This document shows positions 18,573-26,031 of a DNA stretch of 32,000 nucleotides, piece by piece (positions within the stretch are counted from its first letter, which is position 1; each line of letters opens with the position of its first letter). A model generated the notes under the pieces. It saw only the letters and a program-made list of their open reading frames with translations, did no database searches and had not been told where the DNA came from. The position numbers were made by a program, and so were the translations under genes. Location: positions 540,001 to 572,000 of the forward strand of contig NZ_CP047931.1 in NCBI RefSeq assembly GCF_014280175.1. Reading direction: 5' to 3'. The DNA comes from Synechococcus sp. A15-28. Its GTDB lineage: Bacteria; Cyanobacteriota; Cyanobacteriia; PCC-6307; Cyanobiaceae.

Positions 18573-19658
18573 TTAACCACCGTTGACGGTATCGGCAATC
18601 AACCGATCGCGTAAAGCGGTGAGTTGGCGGGTCTCCTCCTGTTGCTGATCCGACGCAATGGCAGTCGTCACGTTTTCGGGTTGAGCGGGGAAGAGGTCAT
18701 CCCACTGCACGAATGGCCAGAAACACCGGCAGAACTCTGCATTCGAATGTGCGTAACGATCCCGGATGGTTTCCCGAAGCTCGGTGTCCAGACCATCAAA
18801 AGGCTGATTGGGCCATCCCTGCTGTCTGGCCAGGGTTTCGATCGCTGCTCTGAGTGCCTTGTCGTGCTTTCGGAGGATCTTGGGGTTCTGCTCTGTGAGG
18901 TGGGTCCCAATCGCTCGGGCGAGGGCAACCCCAAGGCGTCCTGGTTGCTGATTTTTGGAACGGGCCGGTCGACTTTGTTTTGCAACCTTCGCTGGTAAAG
19001 GCAGCTCCGCGAGCAACTGTTCGTAGGGGTCAGGGCGTGTCTGGATCGATCGGCCGTGGCAGTCCAGCGCAGAACCGAAGGGAATCATCACGGTCTCCAC
19101 TGACACGTGATCCACGAGCCAGCCGAACAACGTCATCAAGTCACATTCACTGATGGTGCTCTCCGTCATCACCCGGGTCACGTAGGACTTGAAATCGCCG
19201 TGAACCGTTAAACGTTTGACCAGCTGGGTGTAGCGGGAGTTGAGGTAACTCTCCTGGTCGCGAATGAAGCCCACAACCTTCAATTTCCATCCATGGGCCT
19301 GCAGCTTTTCGGCCAGCCACAAGCCCCGCGGCTGGGACTTCAGGTTCACTGTTCTTGAAAGGGACCAGGACAGGGCCTCGTGGGAAACGAGCAGATGGCA
19401 GCCTCTGGTTTCGGCTCGGTTGAGCCAACGTCGCCAGGGTTTCCAGCGCCCGTTGGCAAGCGCGTCCAACAGAACACGATCCTGGGGCCGTCGCGCAGGC
19501 ATCAGCAGGCCATGACGTCGCAAAAGTCCGCGGTTTTTGCGGAGTCGCTTCTGGATGTACGTCGAGGCCGTCTTGTGCATGCCGACATGCAGCACCACGG
19601 TCCGCTCGATGGCTGGCTGCGCGGACATGACCGTCTCAGAGAGACTTGGATTCTCCAT
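18573..19658 (-). CDS. Sulfotransferase-like protein, 361 aa
   Basis: VVLHVGMHKTASTYIQKRLRKNRGLLRRHG (PAPS-binding-like loop) and KVVGFIRDQESYLNSRYTQLV. ATG at 19658 preferred over the 19838 ORF start, which would overlap the divergent HEAT-repeat gene. Confidence 0.7.
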   Translation of the reverse strand: MENPSLSETVMSAQPAIERTVVLHVGMHKTASTYIQKRLRKNRGLLRRHGLLMPARRPQDRVLLDALANGRWKPWRRWLNRAETRGCHLLVSHEALSWSLSRTVNLKSQPRGLWLAEKLQAHGWKLKVVGFIRDQESYLNSRYTQLVKRLTVHGDFKSYVTRVMTESTISECDLMTLFGWLVDHVSVETVMIPFGSALDCHGRSIQTRPDPYEQLLAELPLPAKVAKQSRPARSKNQQPGRLGVALARAIGTHLTEQNPKILRKHDKALRAAIETLARQQGWPNQPFDGLDTELRETIRDRYAHSNAEFCRCFWPFVQWDDLFPAQPENVTTAIASDQQQEETRQLTALRDRLIADTVNGG

Positions 19659-19702
19659 GATCGAACTGTCGTGGAGACGGACTGTCGACCTACGATCCCA
19701 AC

Positions 19703-20512
19703 ATGAGCGAAAGCGACGCCCGGCAACGTGATCATGGGATGTCCGGACTCTCCGTCGATCCGGATTTACTGGCCGAGGAACTCGCGGCCGAACAGGACAT
19801 CGACCCCCTTGATGCGATCGAGGCCGAAGGGTCTCCATTGGACTCTCAGGGTGTTGCGCGCGCCTGTGATCAAGGTCTGGTCTGGCTCGAGCAGGGTCAT
19901 GACCAGCGTCTTCAGGGGCTGAGAATTTTCTGCGAACACCGTGATCCCCGGGCTGTTCCGCTGCTGCTCAGCCTGTTGACGCGCCCCTGCCCGGTGGAAC
20001 GGATGAGCGCTGTCTATGCCCTCGGCCGCAATCCGTCCCCGCCGGCTGTCGACCCCCTGCTGAGCCTGCTGCAGTCAGACGGCAATGCCTACGTTCGTAA
20101 GGCCACGGCCTGGAGCCTGGGGAATTATCCCGATGCTCCAATTCTCAATCCGTTGATCCGAGCGCTGCAGACCGACGTGCCCGCGGTGCGGATCTGGTGT
20201 CCGGGGTCCCTCGCTGAAGCGGGGAGCCGCTCTCCGGCCAAGGCCGATCCGGCAGCCAGTCAATTGCTGGTCAGCCTGGCCATCGACAGCGAACCTGTGG
20301 TGCGCAGCAATTGCATCTGGGCCCTTGGGCGTCTTTACGAGCAATTGGTTGCTCCCAGGCAGTTGGAGCTGGTGGAGGCGCTTGTGTCGGCTCTGCTCCA
20401 AGACGAGGAAGCGTCGGTGCGGGATGAAGCGCGCACTGCCCTCGAGCAGCTGGAAGATCCAGCCGTTCTTGCTCGGCTGCAGACCTTGATTGATGAAGGT
20501 TTCCTGAGCTGA
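19703..20512 (+). CDS. HEAT-repeat / PBS-lyase-like repeat protein
   Basis: Repeated helical units: DPRAVPLLLSLLTRPCPVERMSAVYALGR, AVDPLLSLLQSDGNAYVRKATAWSLGNY, ILNPLIRALQTDVPAVRIWCPGSLAEAG and VVRSNCIWALGRL. Start codon is uncertain; an ATG at 19739 is also possible. Confidence 0.8.
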   Translation: MSESDARQRDHGMSGLSVDPDLLAEELAAEQDIDPLDAIEAEGSPLDSQGVARACDQGLVWLEQGHDQRLQGLRIFCEHRDPRAVPLLLSLLTRPCPVERMSAVYALGRNPSPPAVDPLLSLLQSDGNAYVRKATAWSLGNYPDAPILNPLIRALQTDVPAVRIWCPGSLAEAGSRSPAKADPAASQLLVSLAIDSEPVVRSNCIWALGRLYEQLVAPRQLELVEALVSALLQDEEASVRDEARTALEQLEDPAVLARLQTLIDEGFLS

Positions 20513-20606
20513 TCGCTGCCGCCGGGCTTGTCGACAACCTGTAACGGTCATGGCGACGGTCTCCGCAGACCCCGATTAGCATTCGCGCCTCAGCGCTCCT
20601 TGTTGG

Positions 20607-20810
20607 ATGCCTCAACGCACCGTTCGTTTCACGATTCGACCGGATGGTCGTGTGGAAGAACTGTTGGAAGGTGTGTCCGGAGAGGCGTGTCAACAGCTCA
20701 CTGAGCGTCTGGAAGCTGCCCTAGGAACGGTTGAACGACGGGAATTCACCGCCGAAGCCTTCCAGCAGCCCGAGTTCCAGTCCCAGCCCCTACCGAATCA
20801 CCTGCACTGA
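20607..20810 (+). CDS. DUF2997-like small protein
   Basis: TVRFTIRPDGRVEELLEGVSGEACQQLTERLEAALGTVERREFTAEAFQQP matches the DUF2997 pattern; 1-nt stop/start overlap with the next gene. Confidence 0.75.
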   Translation: MPQRTVRFTIRPDGRVEELLEGVSGEACQQLTERLEAALGTVERREFTAEAFQQPEFQSQPLPNHLH

Positions 20811-21202
20811 TGTCGCACTTCAGCACCGTTAAAACCGAACTGCGTCAGCTCGAGCCTCTCGTGCAGGCCCTGGAGGATCTTGGCTTCAAGCCTGATCAAG
20901 GTGAACAACCCGTGCGCGGCTATCGCGGACAGACCGTGACCGCGGATCTCGCCGTTTCAATGGATCATGGTGGTGACCTCGGATTTCGTTGGAACGCCCA
21001 GACCGGCGCCTACGAACTGGTCACTGACCTTGATCTCTGGAAGCAGACCATCCCCGTCGAACGGTTTCTCTCCAAGCTGACCCAGCGCTACGCCCTCAAC
21101 ACGGTCCTCAGGGCCAGCGACTCGGAGGGTTTCCAGGTGGCTGAGCAACAGGTCAAACAGGATGGCTCCATCGAACTCGTGGTGACCCGCTGGGACGCCT
21201 GA
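20810..21202 (+). CDS. ycf35: DUF1257 / Ycf35-like protein
   Basis: MSHFSTVKTELRQLEPLVQALEDLGFKPDQG...VRGYRGQTVTADLAV; C-terminal GFQVAEQQVKQDGSIELVVTRW. Confidence 0.82.
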   Translation: MSHFSTVKTELRQLEPLVQALEDLGFKPDQGEQPVRGYRGQTVTADLAVSMDHGGDLGFRWNAQTGAYELVTDLDLWKQTIPVERFLSKLTQRYALNTVLRASDSEGFQVAEQQVKQDGSIELVVTRWDA

Positions 21203-21216
21203 TTCCATCCGATCCG

Positions 21217-21561
21217 ATGGATCCCTCGCTCGCGTTTTCGGCGTCAACCGACCAACCGATCGAACGTTCTGGATGTGAGCCACGGCTAGGGGGGGAGCTT
21301 CGCGAACGAGCGGTTTGGGTGGACGAATCCATCTGCATCGGTTGCCGCTACTGCGCCCACGTTGCGGGGAATACGTTTGTTGTGGAGCCTCATCTCGGTC
21401 GCTCCAGAGCGATTCGTCAGGATGGTGACAGCACGGAATGCATTCAGGAAGCCATCGACACCTGTCCTGTTGATTGCATCCATTGGGTGCCTTTTGAGGA
21501 ACTCGACACGCTGCGCAGCGACCTGATTCGCCAGGATCTGCAACCACGCCCCAGGGGTTGA
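21217..21561 (+). CDS. Ferredoxin-like 4Fe-4S protein
   Basis: VDESICIGCRYCAHVAGNTF...ECIQEAIDTCPVDCIHWV (CxxCxxC plus CP). Confidence 0.88.
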   Translation: MDPSLAFSASTDQPIERSGCEPRLGGELRERAVWVDESICIGCRYCAHVAGNTFVVEPHLGRSRAIRQDGDSTECIQEAIDTCPVDCIHWVPFEELDTLRSDLIRQDLQPRPRG

Positions 21562-22763
21562 TGCCCAACCTGCTCACCCGCCGTTTCGGTCGCACGGAGT
21601 TGTCCATTCCGGTGCTGTCTCTGGGTGGGATGCGTTTTCAACAGAGCTGGACGGATCTGCCCGCAGGCGAGATCAGCTCCGAGTCCCAGTCCAACCTGCA
21701 GGCGACGCTTCAGCGCGCGACGCAACTGGGCTTGCATCACGTCGAGACCGCCCGTCACTACGGCAGCTCAGAGCGCCAGTTGGGGTGGGCCTTGCCGGCA
21801 GCGCCGGATCCGACGCGGATTCTGCAGAGCAAGGTGCCCCCCCGCGAGGACCCGGATGCCTTTGAGGCCGAGCTGGCCCTCAGCTTCGAGCGGCTCGACT
21901 GCCAGCGTCTGGATCTGCTGGCCATTCACGGGATCAACCTGCCGGAGCATCTGGAGCAGACCCTGCGTCCCGGTGGCTGCATGGAGGTGGTGCGGCGGTG
22001 GCAGGCCGATGGGCGCATCGGTCATGTGGGTTTCTCCACCCACGGTCCCACCGACGTGATCGTCGCCAGCTGCGACAGCGGGGCCTTCGATTACATGAAC
22101 GTCCACTGGTACTACATCCGCCAGGACAACGCGCCGGCGTTGGATGCAGCGCAGCGGCAGGACATGGGGGTGTTCATCATCAGTCCCACCGACAAGGGCG
22201 GCCATCTCCACACCCCATCCCAGCGTTTGCTGGAGCTGTGTGACCCGCTGCATCCCATCGTCTTCAACGATCTCTTCTGTCTGCGCGACCCCCGGGTGCA
22301 CACCATCAGCGTTGGAGCGGCCCGACCGTCGGATCTGGATCTGCACCTCGAGGCTGTGGACCGGCTGGACCATGCCGATGGGCTGATTGAGCCGGTGCAT
22401 CGACGTCTGCAACAGGCTGCAGAGGCGGCTCTGGGACAGGCCTGGTTGAACAGCTGGCGCATCGGGCTTCCCCGTTGGCAGGACACGCCTGGAGAGATCA
22501 ACCTTCCCGTGCTGCTCTGGCTGCACAACCTCCTCGAGGCCTGGGATCTGGAGAGTTATGCCCGGGCCCGTTACCGGTTGCTGGGCAGTGGTGGCCATTG
22601 GTTCGCCGGAGCCAATGCCGATGCTCTCGACGAGCGGGTCTCCATCACTGAGCTGGATGCCGTTCTGCAGGCCAGTCCATGGCGACAGCAGATCCCAGAC
22701 ATCCTGCGCGCATTGAAGTCCAGGCTGGCGGGTGAGGCGCAGATGCGTCTCAGCAGCGTCTGA
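21561..22763 (+). CDS. Aldo/keto reductase family protein (COG1453-like), C-terminal Fe-S cysteines absent
   Basis: FGRTELSIPVLSLGGMRFQQ, HHVETARHYGSSERQLGWAL, ILQSKVPP, RLDLLAIHGIN and GHLHTPSQRLLELC; C-terminal remnant GSGGHWFAGANA. Confidence 0.88.
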   Translation: MPNLLTRRFGRTELSIPVLSLGGMRFQQSWTDLPAGEISSESQSNLQATLQRATQLGLHHVETARHYGSSERQLGWALPAAPDPTRILQSKVPPREDPDAFEAELALSFERLDCQRLDLLAIHGINLPEHLEQTLRPGGCMEVVRRWQADGRIGHVGFSTHGPTDVIVASCDSGAFDYMNVHWYYIRQDNAPALDAAQRQDMGVFIISPTDKGGHLHTPSQRLLELCDPLHPIVFNDLFCLRDPRVHTISVGAARPSDLDLHLEAVDRLDHADGLIEPVHRRLQQAAEAALGQAWLNSWRIGLPRWQDTPGEINLPVLLWLHNLLEAWDLESYARARYRLLGSGGHWFAGANADALDERVSITELDAVLQASPWRQQIPDILRALKSRLAGEAQMRLSSV

Positions 22764-22764
22764 T

Positions 22765-23511
22765 TCAGTCCCCCAGGGGTTGCCGGCTGGGAACACCCAC
22801 AGCGCGTGGAAATTGGCGGGGACAGGGGCTGACCGGTTGCACTCTGATCAGGTGGCGCACGCCACGCTCCGCCGGGAGCTGGCAGCGCTGGCTGGAGCTC
22901 AGTTGAGATTTGAGCGGTAGGAGTGCGCGTTTCAGCTGATGTTGGTCCGCTTCGCCCCACTGGCCGCGGTACAGCAGAGCATTCCCCTCGGTTTTCAGCA
23001 GCGGCACGAGATATTCCGCCACCACCGGTGCAGCGGCCACCGCCCGCGCCATCGCCAGATCGAAGCCTCCCCGCAGGGTCCTGTCGTGGCCGGCGCTTTC
23101 GATGCGGTCCGTCCGCACGCTGACCCGCTCACGCAGTCCAAGGGCATCCACCATGGCCTGCACGGCAGCGGTCTTGCGGCCAACGGAATCCAGCAGCGTC
23201 ATCCGGGTGCCGGGCATGGCGATGGCCACGGCGAGTCCTGGAAACCCACCCCCGGTGCCCACGTCAATGGCCATTCGGCTCTGATGGGGCGTGCCCAGTT
23301 CTGTTCGCAGCGGCCAGAGGCTGTCGAACACCTGGTTGATCCAGTAGTCGTCCCCCTCCACCAGGCGCGTCAGGTTGACCCGACTGTTCCAACTGCGCAG
23401 CTGATCCTGAAGAGCCTTCAGCTGATCGAGCTGCGAGGGCTCAGGTGTCCAGCCGAGCGCCTCCCAGAACGCGGCTCCTGGCGAGGAGTCGGGCATGGGG
23501 TGCTGCGGCAA
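22765..23511 (-). CDS. rsmG: 16S rRNA (guanine(527)-N(7))-methyltransferase
   Basis: [57 protein letters not shown] and [21 protein letters not shown]. Confidence 0.94.
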   Translation of the reverse strand: MPQHPMPDSSPGAAFWEALGWTPEPSQLDQLKALQDQLRSWNSRVNLTRLVEGDDYWINQVFDSLWPLRTELGTPHQSRMAIDVGTGGGFPGLAVAIAMPGTRMTLLDSVGRKTAAVQAMVDALGLRERVSVRTDRIESAGHDRTLRGGFDLAMARAVAAAPVVAEYLVPLLKTEGNALLYRGQWGEADQHQLKRALLPLKSQLSSSQRCQLPAERGVRHLIRVQPVSPCPRQFPRAVGVPSRQPLGD

Positions 23512-23522
23512 CTCTCCCTAGG

Positions 23523-24062
23523 ATGGATGACCGGCTGACCCCTGTGTCCGAGCGCGACCTCAGTCACTACGAGCGGTTGGGGGTGTCCGCCCAGGCGTCC
23601 CAGGCCAGCCTCCGGCAGGCCTTCCGCCGACGCAGCAAGGCACTGCATCCCGACACCACCACGCTCCCGGCGACTGAAGCGGCCAGGGACTTCCAGCGGC
23701 TGAAGGAGTCCTATGAGTTCCTCGCCGACCCCGTGCGCCGTCGTCTGTATGACGAGCAACTGCGGCAGCGCTTGCAACCACAGCGATCTCCCGCCCCGCA
23801 GCCCACCGAGGCCGTGGATGGATGGGATGGCATCGGCGAACGCCGCCCCCTCTCGGGGGGAGAGTGGACCGCATTGCTGTTGCTGGCCCTGGCGTTGCTG
23901 CTCAGCCTCATCGTGGGGCTTGGTGTTGCAGGGGTTCAGGGGCGAGCCTGGCAGGTGTCACCCGATTGGTTGTCCGATGTCTCCTCAGCCTCCATCGAAC
24001 ACCCCGTTGAATCAGCACTCCCTGAGGGCGCTGGAGGACTGGCTCAGCAGCCTCAACGCTGA
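23523..24062 (+). CDS. J-domain (DnaJ-like) protein with one predicted C-terminal transmembrane helix
   Basis: HYERLGVSAQASQASLRQAFRRRSKALHPDTTTLPATEAARDFQRLKESYEFLADPVRRRLYD (HPD present); helix LLLLALALLLSLIVGLGVAGV. Confidence 0.88.
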   Translation: MDDRLTPVSERDLSHYERLGVSAQASQASLRQAFRRRSKALHPDTTTLPATEAARDFQRLKESYEFLADPVRRRLYDEQLRQRLQPQRSPAPQPTEAVDGWDGIGERRPLSGGEWTALLLLALALLLSLIVGLGVAGVQGRAWQVSPDWLSDVSSASIEHPVESALPEGAGGLAQQPQR

Positions 24063-24246
24063 GCGCATCGACGGCGATCCCTGTCGTTGGGCGCTCACCC
24101 GGCCTGACTGGTCTGCTGAGATCCGCCTTGAACGCGAAGACGTTGTGGTGATCTGGCAGCAACCCGGTGCTGAGGAGCGTCGCTGCTCACTGCCCTACGG
24201 CCTCTCCCGTGCTGATGTGACGGCAGCCATTCAGGCCGGACCCTGA
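23977..24246 (+). CDS. DUF3143-like protein, 89 aa
   Basis: MSPQPPSNTPLNQHSLRALEDWLSSLNAERIDGDPCRWALTRPDWSAEIRLEREDVVVIWQQPGAEERRCSLPYGLSRADVTAAIQAGP; overlaps the DnaJ-like gene in another frame. Confidence 0.78.
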   Translation: MSPQPPSNTPLNQHSLRALEDWLSSLNAERIDGDPCRWALTRPDWSAEIRLEREDVVVIWQQPGAEERRCSLPYGLSRADVTAAIQAGP

Positions 24247-24259
24247 GCCGCAACGGTCG

Positions 24260-25570
24260 TCAGATCTGATCCAGGGCCGTTGTGATGGCCCAATAGCACT
24301 GAGCCAGCTGATCGTCGCTGATGCACAGCGGTGGCAGCAGGTACACCACCTGTCCCAGGGGCCTTAAAAACACCCCATGCTCCAGGGCGATCCGTTTGAT
24401 GGTCGGCCCGGCTGGATTGAGATAGCCGGCATCTCCGCTGACGCTGAGATCGAAGGCCGCCACGGTGCCGGTCAGGCGGCAGTGCTTCACCTTGGGGTGG
24501 CTCTGGAGTTGTTCCAGATGGGGACGATGTCGGGCCTCGAACCCCTGGAACTGCTCGGGGTTCTGCTCAAGAAGGTCAAGGCTGGCGTTGGCCGCGGCGC
24601 ATCCCAGCGGATTGGCCGTGAAGCTGTGGCCGTGCCAGAGGGTCAGGCTGGGGTCTGCGCCAACAAAGGCCGAGAAGATCCGTTCGCTGGCCATGGTCAC
24701 GCCCATGGGCAGACAACCCCCGGTCAGGCCTTTGGAGAGTGCCATCAGATCCGGCTGGATTCCGGCACGCCGGCAGGCGAACCAGTCGCCGCATCGCCCG
24801 AAGCCAGTCAGGACTTCATCCGCGAGCAGCAGTGCGCCTGATTGGCGCACCAGCGCCTCCACCTGTTGGAGAAAGCTGCCGCGCACCATCGTCATCCCGC
24901 CGGCGCCCTGCAGCAATGGCTCCAGGATCACCGCAGCGGTGGGCTGCTGCAGCGTGGTTTCCAGCACCGCCAGGGCAGCCTGCTCCCTGGCCTCCACGTC
25001 CGGGTCATCCCACCAGGTGGCGGGCCAGGGGCAGCGGGCAACGGGAAAGAGTTTGTCGTCGAAGGGTTCGCTGAACAGGTTGCGTTCGCCCACGGCCATG
25101 GCTCCGAAGGTGTCGCCGTGATATGCCCCGTCGAAAGCCACGATCTGGTGCCGCGGTTCGCCGCGGTTCACCCACCACTGACAAGCGATCTTCAACGCCA
25201 CTTCCACAGCGGTGGAGCCGTTGTCGGAGAAAAACAGCCGATCGAGCCCCGTGATCTGGCTGAGCCGCTCGCCCAGGCGCTCCGCTGGCTCATGGGTGAA
25301 ATCAGCGAAGATCACCTGCTCGAGGCGGGCTGCCTGATCGGCAATGGCCTTGGCCATCACTGGGTGACCGTGGCCGTGCAGCGTCACCCACCAGCTGCTG
25401 ATGGCATCGATCAGGGGACGGCCCTGCTCGCGGAGCAACAGGGCACCTTCACCGGCGATGACCCGTTGTGGCAGCGCTGCTGAGGCGATCTGCGTGAACG
25501 GCGGCCAAAGGTTCGGATGTCGTGACTGATCAGCCGTTGTTCTCATGGCGGCCTGGGCGTCTCTTGTCAT
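24260..25570 (-). CDS. bioA: Adenosylmethionine-8-amino-7-oxononanoate aminotransferase
   Basis: NLWPPFTQ, PLIDAISSWWVTLHGHGHPVMAKAI, DNGSTAVEVALKIACQWW, AFDGAYHGDTFGAMAVG, LLLADEVLTGFGRCG, ALSKGLTGGCLPMGVT and WHGHSFTANPLGCAAANA. ATG at 25570; alternative at 25546. Confidence 0.96.
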   Translation of the reverse strand: MTRDAQAAMRTTADQSRHPNLWPPFTQIASAALPQRVIAGEGALLLREQGRPLIDAISSWWVTLHGHGHPVMAKAIADQAARLEQVIFADFTHEPAERLGERLSQITGLDRLFFSDNGSTAVEVALKIACQWWVNRGEPRHQIVAFDGAYHGDTFGAMAVGERNLFSEPFDDKLFPVARCPWPATWWDDPDVEAREQAALAVLETTLQQPTAAVILEPLLQGAGGMTMVRGSFLQQVEALVRQSGALLLADEVLTGFGRCGDWFACRRAGIQPDLMALSKGLTGGCLPMGVTMASERIFSAFVGADPSLTLWHGHSFTANPLGCAAANASLDLLEQNPEQFQGFEARHRPHLEQLQSHPKVKHCRLTGTVAAFDLSVSGDAGYLNPAGPTIKRIALEHGVFLRPLGQVVYLLPPLCISDDQLAQCYWAITTALDQI

Positions 25571-25599
25571 ATTGGGTCTCGGAGCCGCAGTGCCATCCC

Positions 25600-25875
25600 A
25601 TGGCCACAACGCGATCTCGACGGCTGTCGAAACGCTTTGTTCCTGCTGCTGGGGCTGGTCCCGAGGCGGTTGGCCTTGAGGGCCAGCGCAGCGAAGTGTT
25701 TGCAGAAGGTGGTTGGCCCTCCATTCGCGTGTTTCTGGAGATGAGGGGGTGGTCCCCCCTTCAGATTGATCAGATCCACGAACAGCTGCGTCAGGGTTGG
25801 CCGCTGTCCCAGGCCGTTCGTCAGGTGTCGATGCGGATGGGAACGTGTCCGCTGCGCTCGAAATCCCTCGGCTGA
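25600..25875 (+). CDS. Hypothetical protein, 91 aa
   Basis: MATTRSRRLSKRFVPAAGAGPEAVGLEGQRSEVFAEGGWPSIRVFLEMRGWSPLQIDQIHEQLRQGWPLSQAVRQVSMRMGTCPLRSKSLG; fills the gap between bioA and the small biotin-operon ORF. Confidence 0.5.
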   Translation: MATTRSRRLSKRFVPAAGAGPEAVGLEGQRSEVFAEGGWPSIRVFLEMRGWSPLQIDQIHEQLRQGWPLSQAVRQVSMRMGTCPLRSKSLG

Positions 25876-26031
25876 TCAGCGGCAGACCTGACTGTTTTTC
25901 TGAGCCTCCGTGGCGATGGGGCCGCAGTTGACCCAACGCACCAGCAGCAGTTCAACATCGGTGAACAGCACCAGAATCCCCCCGCACAGGATCACCAGCA
26001 CCAGGCTGATCAGCGATTGAGGTGGCTTCAT
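25876..26031 (-). CDS. Small membrane protein, 51 aa, overlapping the end of bioD
   Basis: Hand translation: MKPPQSLISLVLVILCGGILVLFTDVELLLVRWVNCGPIATEAQKNSQVCR*. ATG overlaps the bioD stop by 4 nt (ATGA), the same junction seen throughout the operon. Confidence 0.6.
   Translation of the reverse strand: MKPPQSLISLVLVILCGGILVLFTDVELLLVRWVNCGPIATEAQKNSQVCR

Noticed and set aside
15058-19658. Possible defence or mobile island
   Set aside because: No integrase, transposase, tRNA boundary, repeats, nuclease, methylase or toxin-like ORF seen; contents fit surface modification and transport better.
19659-19838. Extended N-terminus of the 18573-19838 minus-strand ORF
   Set aside because: The extension is Arg/Pro-rich, overlaps the divergent HEAT-repeat gene, and the sulfotransferase motif begins soon after the internal ATG at 19658.
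21768-22796. 342-aa minus-strand ORF opposite the aldo/keto reductase
   Set aside because: Antisense shadow of a confidently identified gene.
25571-25936. 122-residue N-terminal extension of the bioA ORF
   Set aside because: Low-complexity sequence before the conserved NLWPPFTQ start of BioA, and it overlaps the opposite-strand ORF; ATG at 25570 or 25546 is more likely.
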